Shown: positions 12,501 to 39,482, counted from the stretch's first letter. The stretch: DNA of 59,727 bases from Macrostomum lignano (GCA_002269645.1 NIVC01002303.1:1-59727); one strand, 5' to 3'. Translations and numbers: made by a program. Notes: generated from the letters alone by a model not told the origin.

Positions 12501-13030
12501 GGCACTTCTTTTATGGTTGACATGGCACTTCTTTTATGTTTGACATGACACTTCTTTTATGTTTGACATGACGCTTCTTTTATGTTTGACATGACACTTC
12601 TTTTATGTTTGACATGAAACTTCTTTTATGTTTGACATGGCACTTCTTTTATGTTTGACATGAAACTTCTTTTATGTTTGACATGAAACTTCTTTTATGT
12701 TTGACATGACACTTCTTTTATGTTTGACATGACACTTCTTTTATGTTTGACATGACACTTCTTTTATGTTTGACATGTCACTTCTTTTATGTTTCACATG
12801 TCACTTCTTTTATGGTTGACATGGCACTTCTTTTATGTTTGACATGACGCTTCTTTTATGTTTGACATGACACTTCTTTTATGTTTGACATGACACTTCT
12901 TTTATGTTTCACATGTCACTTCTTTTATGTTTGACATGGCACTTCTTTTATGTTTGACATGAAACTTCTTTTATGGTTGACATGACACTTCTTTTATGGT
13001 TGACATGACGCTTTTTTATGGTTTACATGA
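9598..13030 (+). repeat. 21/23-bp AT-rich satellite (GACATGACACTTCTTTTATGTTT) upstream of copy B
   Basis: About 3.4 kb. Alternating 21+23-bp dimers at the start, then 23-bp monomers with higher-order blocks (368 bp = 16 units). Confidence 0.95.
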
Positions 13031-13424
13031 CGCTTCTTTGATTCTTTTCTTTTTACGTTGAGTCTTTCTTCACTTTAAAAAAATCTTTCTAAAAAACTTA
13101 CACTAATAAAATTCGAATCCAGGTTCAGTCTGTTCACATCTAGGCTAGCTTTCATCGAATCGAAGACATGAATTGAAGCACTTATCAAGTCATTTTGAGT
13201 AGAAGTAATTATCAATCACACACGGATTGATGGATAGATAGTTAAAACCACTTTTAGCATAGCGGATGGACCTGAAAAGCCTGTTCACCCAATTGCCCAA
13301 TCAGAAGTCGCGAACAGTTATTAGCAGGTGATAAATCTCTCAAAATCAACTGAGCATTGAAGACTCTCTGAGCTGTCGCTCGAGCAGCCCAGTCTATACT
13401 CACTAGTCTCAGCTCTGCGGCAGC

Positions 13425-25819
<12,395 letters not shown>

Positions 25820-26519
25820 CTCCCTGCGAACTCGCTTCTTGGAGGTTTCAATTCCGAACCGGATTTTCTGATTGATCAGAACATGCCTACTTGATTGAGC
25901 CAGAGGCTACCAATATTAATAAGCCACTGAATTTGGCGAAAGCCTCCCTACCCCCTACTGCCCGTGGCTTGTTCTTGACAAAGAAAAAAGTGTAGCAAAA
26001 CGACGAAAGCAAAACTTTATCCCTGTGGACGCTCTCTGATGCTGGAGCCACTTATTGAGAAATATAACCTAGCCAATTTTGAGTTTTGACTTTGTTCTTG
26101 TTAAAATGGTCGAAAGAGAAAAGGGGTGGTGCGTGGGGTTGGGCCTGCGAGGGTGTTGTGCGTGTGGGGTTGGCAGTGGAGGGTGTTGTGCGTGTGGGTT
26201 GGCAGTGGGAGGGTGTTGTGTTTGTGGGGGTTTGCACATGGGAGGGTTTTGTGTGGGAGGGAGTTGGCAGTGGGAGATGGTTTGCAGTGGGAGGGTGCTG
26301 TGTGTGTGGTGTTGGCAGTGGGAGGGTGTTGTGTGTGTGGTGTTGGCAGTGGGAGGGTGTTGTGTGTGTGGTGTTGGCAGTGGGAGGGTGATGTGTGTGT
26401 AGGGTTGGGAGTGGGAGGGTGTTGTGTTTGTGGGGGGTTTGCACATGGGAGGGTTTTGTGTGGGAGGGGGTTTGCAGTGGGAGGGTGCTGTGTGTAGGAG
26501 CAATGAGCAGCATGGAGTA

Positions 26520-26930
26520 TGGAGGTGTCAGAAATGTCTAAGAATGGACCCTCAGGCCAGGTGGGAAGCTGTAAAACAGAAGTGACTGTGTTTTAGCTGC
26601 CTAGGGACTGATACTTAAGCGGTGCTTGCAAGCGTGGATCGGAATGAGCTGTGGAAAAGGATCCAGGCCTGGCGAATGCGCACCAGGAGGTGCTTGACGA
26701 ACATGTGGTTAAAGGCTACATAGAAGAAGTCGAAGGCACTGTGCCAGTGGCGGGTTGGAGGTAGCTCGTACCTGTCGCACTTCGCAGTGGTTCGAGCCGG
26801 CTACGACACCACAAAGTCGCGCATAGTCTAAGATGCTTCAACGCACTGCAATGGAGCCTGCTTGAATGATGCCATCAGTGCTGGCTCGAAATTTCAAAAC
26901 GATCTCTTCAAAGAGCTGTGCTCTGTTTAG
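26520..26930 (+). mobile_element. BEL/Pao relic, second copy (B-C spacer)
   Basis: Near-identical to 8600-9010; co-duplicated with the gene unit. Confidence 0.75.
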
Positions 26931-27544
26931 TGGTGGAGCGCAGGAGGCAATGATCCGTGTAGGCACTGAGTGATCCTCGGCAACGCGGATGCTGACAATG
27001 AGGAGTTGCATTCAGCCGGAGCAGAGGCACTTTTTACCTCGCGCCCAACGACATACCAGACAGCCAACCCCGATAAAAGGAACACCGTTAACGCCTCTTA
27101 ACGGTCCGATTGTTTCTCGCTGTGATTGCATCTGTTTGCTCCTCGCAGCTATTTTTAGTGCTTTGCAGTCACGCTTCTCTTTGACGAAAGATGAATTATT
27201 CGAATATGGCAGTTGTTCAACAGCAGTCTGTTTTTCACACAAAAGAATCCTGCTTCGTTATGCATTTTGCTTGTGTGTTTTTTGTGTCTTTCTTGCTGGT
27301 GGAGCGCTGAGCTTGTTACTGTATTTAATTTTCTGTTAGTCACCGCTGCGATATTGCTGCTTTTGTCAGAAAGAGGGGAATGTTTAGAAGAGAGAAACGA
27401 CTAATTAGCTCATCCAGTCATGTGTATGCGTAAATTTCCTCACTCTATTATATTTTGAGTACCTGCAGGTAGCACCGGGTTTGGTTCTCGAACCGGGAAG
27501 AACGGTCTCATAATGCGCATTCTAAATTTACTGCATTGTATCAG

Positions 27545-29355
27545 ACATGACACTTTTTATGGTTGACATGACGCATCTTTTATGTTTGACATGACACTTT
27601 TTATGGTTGACATGACGCATCTTTTATGTTTGACATGACACTTTTTATGGTTGACATGACGCATCTTTTATGTTTGACATGACACTTTTTATGGTTGACA
27701 TGACACTTCTTTTATGTTTGACATGACACTTCTTTTATGTTTGACATGACACTTCTTTTATGTTTGACATGACACTTCTTTTATGTTTGACATGACACTT
27801 CTTTTATGGTTGACATGACACTTTTTATGTTTGACATGACACTTCTTTTATGTTTGACATGGCACTTCTTTTATGTTTGACATGAAGCATCTTTTATGTT
27901 TGACATGACACTTCTTTTATGTTTGACATGACACTTCTTTTATGTTTGACATGACACTTCTTTTATGTTTGACATGACACTTCTTTTATGTTTGACATGA
28001 CACTTCTTTTATGGTTGACATGACACTTTTTATGGTTGACATGACACTTCTTTTATGTTTGACATGACACTTCTTTTATGTTTGACATGACACTTCTTTT
28101 ATGTTTGACATGACACTTTTTATGGTTCACATGGCACTTCTTTTATGTTTGACATGAAGCATCTTTTATGTTCGACATGACACTTCTTTTATGTTTGACA
28201 TGAAGCATCTTTTATGTTTGACATGACACTTCTTTTATGTTTGACATGACACTTCTTTTATGTTTGACATGACACTTCTTTTATGTTTGACATGACGCAT
28301 CTTTTATGTTTGACATGACACTTCTTTTATGTTTGACATGGCACTTCATTTATGTTTGACATGAAGCATCTTTTATGTTCGACATGACACTTCTTTTATG
28401 TTTGACATGACACTTCTTTTATGTTTGACATGAAGCATCTTTTATGTTTGACATGACACTTCTTTTATGTTTGACATGACACTTCTTTTATGTTTGACAT
28501 GACGCTTCTTTTATGTTTGACATGACACTTCTTTTATGTTTGACATGACACTTCTTTTATGTTTGACATGACACTTATTTTATGTTTGACATGACGCATC
28601 TTTTATGTTTGACATGACACTTCTTTTATATTTGACATGACACTTCTTTTATGTTTGACATGACACTTCTTTTATGTTTGACATGACACTTATTTTATGT
28701 TTGACATGACGCATCTTTTATGTTTGACATGACGCATCTTTTATGTTTGACATGACACTTCTTTTATGTTTGACATGACACTTCTTTTATGTTTGAAATG
28801 ACACTTCTTTTATGTTTGACATGACACTTATTTTATGTTTGACATGACGCATCTTTTATGTTTGACATGACACTTCTTTTATATTTGACATGACACTTCT
28901 TTTATGTTTGACATGACACTTCTTTTATGTTTGACATGACACTTATTTTATGTTTGACATGACGCATCTTTTATGTTTGACATGACGCATCTTTTATGTT
29001 TGACATGACACTTCTTTTATGTTTGAAATGACACTTCTTTTATGTTTGACATGACACTTATTTTATGTTTGACATGACGCATCTTTTATGTTTGACATGA
29101 CACTTCTTTTATGTTTGACATGACACTTCTTTTATGTTTGACATGACACTTCTTTTATGTTTGACATGACGCTTCTTTTATGTTTGACATGACACTTCTT
29201 TTATGGTTGACATGACACTTCTTCTATGTTTGACATGACACTTCTTTTATGGTTGACATGACACTTCTTCTATGTTTGACATGACACTTCTTCTATGTTT
29301 TAAATGACACTTCTTTTATGGTTGACATGACGCTTTTTTATGGTTTACATGACGC
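27545..29355 (+). repeat. 21/23-bp satellite upstream of copy C
   Basis: Same unit as 9598-13030; ~1.8 kb. Confidence 0.95.
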
Positions 29356-29746
29356 TTCTTTGATTCTTTTCTTTTTACGTTGAGTCTTTCTTCACTTTAA
29401 AAAAATCTTTCTAAAAAACTTACACTAATAAAATTCAAATCCAGGTTCAGTCTGTTCACATCTAGGCTGGCTTTCATCGAATCGAAGACATGAATTGAAG
29501 CACTTATCAAGTCATTTTGAGTAGAAGTAATTATCAACCACACACGGATTGATGGATAGATGGGTAAAACCACTTTTAGCATAGCGGATGGACCTGAAAA
29601 GCCTGTTCACCCAATTGCCCAATCAGAAGTCGCGAACAGTTATTAGCAGGTGATAAATCTCTCAAAATCAACTGAGCATCGAAGACTCTCTGAGCTGTCG
29701 CTCGAGCAGCCCAGTCTATACTCACTAGTCTCAGCTCTGCGGCAGC

Positions 29747-32700
29747 ATGCGCTTGCCCCTGAAATTTCTGCTGGCAGTCGCCTGTCTGACCGCTGTCGTC
29801 TCCAACCCGGACGACAGGCCAGAAGTGCACATCCTCATTGCCATTTCCAAGGAAATTCCATTCTTCAACGAGGTCCATTATTTCAACTATTCGATCCGAT
29901 ACTTGAACACCAGGATGGAATTGTTTCCAAGCTTCAAGCTGAGGCCCGACATTCGACTAATCAAAGGGGTACTTTGTTATTTTGTTGCGAACTTGACGTT
30001 TTTCTTGTTTTATTGCAAGAATTACTTAGTTAGTTAGTTAGTCAGTCAGTTAGTTAGTAAGTTAGTTAGTTAGTAAGTTAGTAAGTTAGTTAGTTTGTTA
30101 GTTAGTTAGTTAGTTACTTACTTACTTAGTTAGTTAGTTGGTTAGTTAGTCAGTTAGTTAGTTAGTCAGTCAGTTAGTTAGCCAGTTATTTAGGATATAG
30201 CCAGTTTGAAGCTGTGTTTTGCCTTTTAAAGCTCCTGTTGTCTGATAGGTAAAATCGCACAGGTGCTAGAAATCGAATGCAGATCAGCAACAAAAAATGA
30301 ATTTGTTATAATCCCCAAATAATTTAACACAAAGCAGTGGCAGTATTGTTGTCTGCCTGAAATTTTTAATATGAGGCTGATTTATGACCCCCTACATGAT
30401 GGTCCATTGTTCAAATTCGAATTCTAAAGCAAGGGTGGACACTATATAAAGAATCAGCGATATTGTTCTCAGCAGAAGTCAACAACTCTCAGTTGCTATG
30501 CTGAGAGCTTCAACAGCCTCAAGAGTGAATTTGATTAATTTAAACCTTTCAGACTGATTGCTTTTCGCCATGAAAATTTTACAATCAGTGGAGATTTTAT
30601 TCCCATGATTAATTATTGCAACGCAACTCAATTTCGTAATTAACAGCAGGAAGATGTTGGCGCAGCTCTGAAGGCTTTTGTTGACAGCTACCTCAGCGGC
30701 AGCAACAAGGCGCTGATGCTGGGCGCCAGCTTCTCGAAGCAGTCTCAGGTCATTGCTGAGCTGGCCCGCTACTACTGTGTGACTCAGGTGAGAGACTGTG
30801 GCTAAACTGTGTGACTCAGGTGAGAGACTGTGGCTAAGCTGTGTGACTCAGGTGAGAGACTGAGGCTAAACTGTGTGACTTTGTTATGATTTAATTTCAT
30901 AATTTTCAGATTGGCCTGAATCTGTCGCCGGAACTAAGCGATCGGTCGATCTACCCATACTACACGAGAATGTCAATTACTTATAACATCTATGTGAAAC
31001 CGTTGGTGTCAATTGTGACCAAGTTCAATTGGAAGAAGATCGGCTTTTTAGTTCAAGACTACTCCGCAGTCAAATCGGTGAGTAGATATGTCTACAAATA
31101 CAGTGTGGCGCTTAAGTAACTGAACAACTTTAAGCGAATCTCAACAGCCTTATAACACATAATAAGAAGTTTTGCAGTATAAGAGTTTTCTAAGTTGTCA
31201 ATAACCTGATGGGCGAAATCGAATTCTCAATGTGAGCACCATTCCGCTCATGGCAGAGCTCCAAGCACTTGATGAAATGGCTTGTAACGGCAGCCTTAAA
31301 CACTTTGTTTAAGTGGTACTCGTATGTATGATACTTATAGCAGTGTAGCAGTCTTTTAGCTCGTATTTTAAGTTATTTTCATGTTAACACGTCCGATTGT
31401 ACTTGTTGTTCAGTTGTTTTGTTCAGTTACTCAATTTGTTCAGTTACTCAATGCACCACCCGGTGCTATGTGTGCGTAATTTGTGTCACACGTTTGCGAC
31501 AGGTGGTATCACCGTGTGTCACTGTGTGTCACTATTTTTATTTGAACAATTTCAGTTGGCAAGCGAATTGGAGACAGATTTCATGGCCCGCAACATCAGC
31601 TACTCCAAACGGATGTACTTTACTGACGCCACTGCCGCTCTGACAAGCCTTCTGGTAAGTAACTAATTCTCACGTCGATAGTTTTTAACATAAACAATTT
31701 AAATTATAAAATTATCGCAGTGAGTTTACTTATTATGATTTGCAGCAAAAGGACATTCGAATCTTCATCGCTGTTCGCTCGATCGCCGCTGAACAGTCGG
31801 ATAAGCGGCTGGACTGCGTGGTAGGGCACCGAATCCACACACACCCGCCTCTCCCAATACACGAATCCACCCACACCCGAATCCACCCACACCCGAATCC
31901 ACCCACACCCGAATCCACCCACACCCGAATCCACCCACACCCGAATCCACCCACACCCGAATCCAGCCCCACCCGCCTCTCCCAATACAGGAATCCACCA
32001 GCACCCGAATCTCCTGGGACCCGAATCTCCTGGGACCCGAATCTCCCACACCCGAATCTCCCACACCCGAATCTCCTACACCCGAATCTCCCACACCCGA
32101 ATCTCCCACACCCGAATCTCCCACACCCGAATCTCCCACACCCGAATCTCCCACACCCGAATCTCCCACACCCGAATCTCCCACACCCGAATCTCCCACA
32201 CCCGAATCCACCAGCACCCACCTCTCCCAATACACGAATCCACCAGCACCCGCCTCTCCCAATACACGAATCCACCAGCACCCGCCTCTCTCAATACACA
32301 AATCCAGCCACACCGAATCCAGCCACACCCGAATCCACCCACACCCGAATCCACCCACACCCGAATCCACCCACACCCGAATCCACCCACACCCGAATCC
32401 ACCCACACCCGAATCCACCCACACCCGAATCCACCCACACCCGAATCCACTCACACCCGAATCTCCCACACCCGAATCTCCCACACCCGAATCTCCCACA
32501 CCCGAATCTCCCACACCCGAATCCACCCACACCCGCCTCTCCCAATACACGAATCCACCCACACCCGAATCCAGCCACACCCGAATCCACCCACACCCGA
32601 ATCCACCCACACCCGAATCCAGCCACACCCGAATCCACCCACACCCGAATCCAGCCACACCCGAATCCAGCCACACCCGAATCCAGCCACACCCGAATCC

Positions 32701-35700
32701 AGCCACACCCGAATCCAGCCACACCCGAATCCACCCACACACGATTCCACCCACATCCGAATCCGCCCACACCAGACAGAATCCGCCCACACCAGACAGA
32801 ATCCGCCCACACCAGACAGAATCCGCCCACACCAGACAGAATCCGCCCACACCAGACAGAATCCGCCCACACCAGACAGAATCCGCCCACACCAGACAGA
32901 ATCCGCCCACACCAGACAGAATCCGCCCACACCAGACAGAATCCGCCCACACCAGACAGAATCCACCCACACCCGAATCTCCCACACCCGAATCTCCCAC
33001 ACCCGAATCTCCCACACCCGAACCTTTAAGGAGGCTACAGTTTAGCACAGAGTCTAAAAAAAGCGTTAACAAACACAGATCAAGCGGCTGGGAGCGTACG
33101 GACCCAAGTACCAGTGGATTCAGATGGGGCTTCTGTCAACCACGCGGCTCAATCAGAATGAAAGCTGCTCTGATTCCGAGCGAGCCGTGGCCATGGAGGG
33201 CTCCATGGTGCTGGACAATGACCCGGAGGATCCGGGAGCGAGGCACCCTGCTGGACTGACGGGTCGAGTAAGAATTGCGATGTCCCAATGCCATCACGTT
33301 AGCGCGTTATGGTGCTGAAAACCAGAATGTCAGAGAGTCAAGCACGGTGCTGATATTTTGTCAAAATGCCAGGATATCAGTATGCAAATAAACAGTATGT
33401 CCGGACACCAGGTTGTCAGGATGTCATGCTATAAAGTCAAGATACTAATATGTCATTATGTTAAGATGTAGGATGCTAATTTGAGAGCATATCTTTAAGT
33501 CAGCATGCCATTTTTCAAGATGTCCTCAGGATATCAGCAACATCCTCATAGTGTACTGTCATATATCACGATGATAGTATGTCAACATGTCCCGATGGAC
33601 AGTATGTCAACATGTCACGATGGACAGTATGTCAAGATGTCCCGATAACAGTGTGTCGACATGTCCCGATGGACAGTATGCAAGATGTCTCGATGACAGT
33701 ATGTAAGTTGTCCTGATGACAGTATGCCAAGATGTCCTGATGTCAAGATGTCTCGATGACAGCATGCCAAGATTTCACGATGTCCCGATGACAGTATGCC
33801 AAGATGTCCCGATGTCAAGATGTCACGATGTCAGAGATGTCACGATGTCAAGATGTCAGGATGTCAAGATGTCACGATGTCAAGATGTCACGATGTCAGA
33901 GATGTCACGATGTCAGAGATGTCACGATGTCAGAGATGTCACGATGTCAAGATATATCGGGACATCTCTGACTGTCGTGACATCTCCAAGCGAGTTCTTC
34001 AGAGGGTAGGCCGCACAATTTCAGACAAGAGACGAGACCTACGAGGACTTCCTCAGCCAGTTCGGCAGCTGGACCGCAAACCCCCAGCAATACGGCCTCA
34101 ACGGCTTCGACACGCGTTTCGACGCGGTGACGGCGGCCGCCCTGGCCATCAACGCCACCCTGGAGCAGGGCGAGAATTACACTGCCGAGCCTGCCGACCT
34201 CGACTGCTCGAGTTTCAAAGAGAAAATCTTCGAGAACGTTCGCAGCCTGGACTTTCATGGACTTTCGGTGAGTTGCTTGTCTCCCGGTTCCATGCTTGTA
34301 AACTAAACTTTCGTTGCGAGGTTGGAATTGTTTTCAGTAGTAGCAGAAGGGTAGCGGGGCATGAAGTTGAAGATCTAGAAGTTGAAATATTACCCTACAC
34401 ATGCCTGGCCTTCGTTCAGTTGTGAGTGAGCCGCCATGCTGCGAAAAATAAGCTATATAATTAACAATTGCAAAGCAGCGCCACTCGACTACTAAGAGTA
34501 GAAATTAAAGAAAATCAAGGCAACAAACAACAATATCCGTTTGTTGGAATAAGGATGAGGTGCCTCCTAAACTAGGATAAAAGTTCAGCAGGTTGTACCG
34601 AAATGCTCAAGTGTATATAGTGTACAAGACTGCTGTAGTGTACAAGCCTGCTGTAGTGTACAAGCCTGCTGTAGTGTACAAGACTGCTGTAGTGTACAAG
34701 ACTGCTGTAGTGTACAAGACTGCTGTAGTGTACAAGACTGCTGTAGTGTACAAGACTGCTGTAGTGTACAAGACTGCTGTAGTGTACAAGACTGCTGTAG
34801 TGTACAAGACTGCTGTAGTGTACAAGCCTGCTGTAGTGTACAAGCCTGCTGTAGTGTACAATGCTTTTTTGTCATTCCTTTAACACATCACTACGGCTTG
34901 AAACTGCATCAGAAACATAAATAACAATGAATAAAGTCCCCAACTGCAGGGTCAAGTCAATTTCGATTGGAAGGGTGACAGAGAATCAACCGTTAATATT
35001 TATCAAATCCGAGGTAAAACATGGGATTAAATCTTATTCAAAATAGTAGAAATTGAAAACACGGCTTTGGCTAACTAATGTCATCCTACCCTACGAGCGT
35101 AGGTCTCAAGAGAGATTTGGTTGCAACGTACCAACCGAAGACAGGGGACACTCGCTGGATCAAATCATTATGGTTTGCAGGTACGAAACTCAAATACTGG
35201 ACCATCAGCATCCATATACTAAATGGATGCTGATGTTCTCACCCAAAAAGCCCAGTCTCCCGAGTCTCCATCAGCTCAGTCTCCCGAGTCCCCATCAGCC
35301 CAGTCTCCCGAGTCCCCATCAGCCCAGTCTCCCGAGCCCCATCAGCCCAGTCTCCCGAGCCCCATCAGCCCAGTCTCCCGAGCCCCATCAGCCCAGTCTC
35401 CCGAGCCTCACACATCAGCCCAGTCTCCCGAGCCCCCATCAGCCCAGTCTCCCGAGTCCCCATCAACCCAGTATCCCGAGTCCCCATCAGCCCAGTCTCC
35501 CGAGACCCCATCAGCGCATCTCCCACCCCGTCCCGCAGGCGGCTCGGCTCCAGTCGACTCTCCCAGAATCCTCTCAAAGCTCGTCCATGCCAGCCTCGTC
35601 AGCGCCGTGGTCTCTGGCGGCCTGTCTGCCTGCGGCGCCTGCCTCACCCTGGCCGCCATGGCGGTGAACCTGTGGTTCCGCAAGGTGCCCTACATCCGGC

Positions 35701-38266
35701 TCAGCAGCCCCATCGTGAACACCATCATCGGGCTGGGCTGCCTGCTGTGCCACGCGTCCTGCCTCATCATGACCTTCAACGCGTACATGGGAAGCCAGCT
35801 CGGACTGTGCTGGTCCCAGCTGCTCTGCCTCATCACTGGCTACTCGTGCGCCTTCGGTGGAATTCTGGCCAAGACGTGGCGAGTCCACAGAATCTTCACC
35901 AACAAGATGAGGCTGACTGTGAGTCCATCTGCACTGCAGTGCTCGTGTATAGTCAGTCCCCTGAATGACCTTGAGCCAGCCTGGTCACGCATTACCGGAT
36001 TTCAGACCATCAAGGACTGGCACCTCTGCATGGTGATTGCCGCTATTCTGCTGATGGATGCTGGACTGCTGTTGGCTCTCGGACTCCTGGATTCCCCAGC
36101 CTTGGCTGTCAAGAGACTGTCTGAGCAGGTAACAGGGTGTGCAGTGTGATTCTGTACTCTGCATTCACAAAAGACTGTCTGAGCAGGTAACAGGGCGTGC
36201 AGTGATTCTGTACTCTGCATTCACAAGAGACTGTCTGAGCAGGTAACAGGGTATGCAGTGATTCTGTACTCTGCATTCACAAGAGACTGTCTGAGCAGGT
36301 GACAGTTTGTGCAGTGATTCTGTACTCTGCACTCACAAGAGACTGTCTGAGCAGGTGACAGTGTGTGCAGTGATTCTGTACTCTGCACTCACAAGAGACT
36401 GTCTGAGCAGGTGACAGTTTGTGCAGTGATTCTGTACTCTGCATTCACAAGAGACTGTCTGAGCTGTAACAGGGTGTGCAGTGATTCTGTACTCTGCATT
36501 CACAACAGACTGTCTGAGCAGGTAACAGGGTGTGCAGTGATTCTGTACTCTGCATTCACAAGAGACTGTCTGAGCAGGTGACAGGGTGTGCAGTGATTCT
36601 GTACTCTGCATTCACAAGAGACTGTCTGAGCAGGTAACAGGGTGTGCAGTGATTCTGTACTCTGCACTCACAAGAGACTGTCTGAGCAGGTAACAGGGTG
36701 TGCAGTGATTCTGTACTCTGCATTCACAAGAGACTGTCTGAGCAGGTAACAGGGTGTGCAGTGATTCTGTACTCTGCACTCACAAGAGACTGTCTGAGCA
36801 GGTAACAGGGTGTGCAGTGATTCTGTACTCTGCACTCACAAGAGACTGTCTGAGCAGGTAACAGGGTGTGCAGTGATTCTGTACTCTGCATTCACAACAG
36901 ACTGTCTGAGCAGGTAACAGGGTGTGCAGTGATTCTGTACTGTGCATTCACAAGAGACTGTCTGAGCAGGTAACAGGGTGTGTAGTGATTCTGTACTCTG
37001 CATTCACAAGAGACTGTCTGAGCAGGTAACAGGGTGTGCAGTGTGATTCTGTACTCTGCATTCACAAGAGACTGTCTGAGCAGGTGACAGGGTGTGCAGT
37101 GTGATTCTGTACTCTGCATTCACAAGAGACTGTCTGAGCAGGTAACAGGGTGTGCAGTGATTCTGTACTCTGCATTCACAAGAGACTGTCTGAGCAGGTG
37201 ACAGTTTGTGCAGTGTGATTTCTGACATTGCACTGACATTCCACTGACATGCAGTGCCATGCCAATGCAGGACATGATCTCTGACGGAGCTGTGGTTCTG
37301 CACAAGCTGGTCGTGTGTCAGTCCAGCAGCGAGGTGCTGTGGAAGGGCCTCATCATCGGCATGAAGGCGGTGTTCCTTCTGTTCGGAATCTTCTTTGCCT
37401 GGGAGACTCGCACAATTCACGTGGAAGCGCTGAACGACTCGAAGGTGATCGGAATCTGCGTGTACAACACCACCGTGATGGGGCTGATCGGCGTGGTGCT
37501 GGAGTTTGCGCTGCCCATCGGCTCGGTGGACCTGCGACTCGTGCTGCTGACCTGCTGCATCAACATCTGCTCAGCCACCACCGTGCTGCTGGTGTTTGGC
37601 AGGAAGGTCGGTGGTCAGGGTGTGAGGTGGGGTATGGGCTGGAGTGTGGGTTGGGGTGTGGGTTAGGATGTGTGCTGGAGTGTGGGATGTGGGCTGGGTG
37701 TGGGATGTGTGTTGGAGTGTGGGATGTGTGCTGGAGTATGGGATGTGTGCTGGAGTGTGGGCTGGAGTGTGGGTTGGGGTGTGCACTTGAGTGTGGGTTC
37801 GGGTGTGGGCTTGAGTGTGGGTTGGAGTGTGGGCTGGAGTGTGGGTTGGAGTGTGGGCTGGAGTGTGGGCTAGAGTGTGGGCTGGAGTGTGGGCTGGGGT
37901 TGCTGGGGTGTGGGCTGGGGTGTGGGCTGTGGGCTGGGGTGTGGGCTCTAGAGCGGACTGCAAGTTTTGGTAATTAGTGCAAGTTAGCAATTTTGTTTTC
38001 GAGTTACCAGCGCTACTTACCTAAATTTGTATTACTTTCTGATGAGGTCTAGGCTGGAGGCTTAGCTTACGAGACATTGTGAATCTCAGGCGCTTCGCAG
38101 CCCCATCGGACATCCGGACTAAATCGAATTCCAGGTGCTGACCATCCTCAAAGACCGACGCGTCAGAGTCGCCGACGCCAACACGGTGCTGAGGACGGTG
38201 TGCAACAATGACCCCAACGGGACTGGGCGAGTCAACACGGCTAGAAATGAGTCTCTTGAAATGTGA
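29747..38266 (+). CDS. Class C GPCR, GABA-B-receptor-like, copy C (complete, 13 exons, ~749 aa)
   Basis: Exons: 29747-29968, 30647-30787, 30910-31077, 31556-31654, 31746-31820, 33079-33267, 34025-34267, 34950-35013, 35103-35180, 35539-35918, 36006-36128, 37271-37606, 38135-38266. Exon lengths match B, except exon 1 is 12 nt shorter. Confidence 0.93.
30775..30880 (+). repeat. Exon 2-donor 32-bp repeat, copy C (only ~3 units)
   Basis: Same unit as 14846-18190. Confidence 0.93.
31101..31465. mobile_element. Small degenerate Tc1/mariner-type MITE in intron 3 of C
   Basis: Insertion absent from B. Left end TA|CAGTGTGGCGCTTAAGTAACTGAACAA; right end TTGTTCAGTTACTCAATGCACCACCCGGTG (imperfect inverted repeat). 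Confidence 0.5.
31828..33022 (+). repeat. Compound C-rich minisatellite, intron 5 of C
   Basis: Blocks of 14-, 16- and 24-bp units, plus a new 20-bp unit (GAATCCGCCCACACCAGACA, ~32760-32950). Confidence 0.95.
36110..37215 (+). repeat. 56/58-bp exon 11-donor minisatellite, copy C (~19 units)
   Basis: Same unit as 5281-7060. Confidence 0.95.
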
Positions 38267-39482
38267 CTCCCTGCGAACTCGCTTCTTGAAAGTTTCAATT
38301 CCGAACTGGATTTTCTGACTGATCAGAACATGCCTACTTGATTAAGCCAGAGGCTACCAATATTAATAAGCCAGAGGCTACCAATATTAATAAGCCACTG
38401 GATTTGGCGAAAGCCTCCCTACCCCCTAACTGCCCGTGGCTTGTTTTTGACAAAGAAAAAGTATAGCAAAACGACGAAAGCAAAACTTTATCCCTGTGGA
38501 CGCTCTCTGATGCAGGAGCCACTTATTGAGAAATATAACCAAGCCAATTTTGAGTTTTGACTTTGTTCTTGTTAAAATGGTCGAAAGAGAAAACGGGTGG
38601 TGCGTGGGGTTGGGCCTGGGAAAGTGTTGTGTGGGTAGGAGGGGTGTGTTGGTAGTGGGAGGGGGTTGGCAGTGGGAGGGTGTTGTGTGTGTGTGTGGAG
38701 TTGGCACATGGGAGGGTTTTGTGTGGGAGGGGGTTGGCAGTGGGAGGGTGTTGTGTGTGTGTGTGGAGTTGGCACATGGGAGGGTTTTGTGTGGGAGGGG
38801 GTTGGCTGTGGGAGGGTGTTGTGTGTGTGTGTGTGGAGTTGGCACATGGGAGGGTTTTGTGTGGGAGGGGTTGGCAGTGGGAGGGTGTTATGTGTGGGGG
38901 TTTTTTGTGGGGTTGTTGTGCGGGGCGCTTGGCAGTGAGAGGGTGTTTGTTGCCAATCCATGGGGGTTAGTGTGTGGGGTCGGCAGGGGTGGTTGGCAGT
39001 AGCACAGTATGCGAGTGCAGAAGTGATATTGAAACACTGGCACGGCTCCTAACTTCTAATCAATGTTTCTGATCAGCTTCCGCTCGTTTCTGACGCATTT
39101 TGCGTGCTCGAGGTCGCTAATTGCTTTCAAACCGCCATGGTTCAAAGCATGAATGTCTTTGACAGCCCGGATTGTTTTTACTGATCAGTTTCGTGACTGT
39201 TTCTTCTCCTTGACTGCTCAAAGGGAGTCTTAAATGAAAAAAAATATTGCTTCCAAGGTTGGGTCAGGTCGTTTCACGTTGCAGTTTTCCTTTTCAGGGC
39301 CGTGTGTGCCTTCGAAGAAACCTCTGCTCGCAAACTGTAGCGAAGTCCAATAAATGAGGCATGAAGGCAGCAGTTCTTTTTGTTTTGACTTTGTGTAGCA
39401 GTTTTCCGCGTGGAAAAGTTTGGCTTGAGAAAGCTCGCACCGGTAAATAGAGCAAGGACCACTAGAAGAAGAAGGACGGGAC

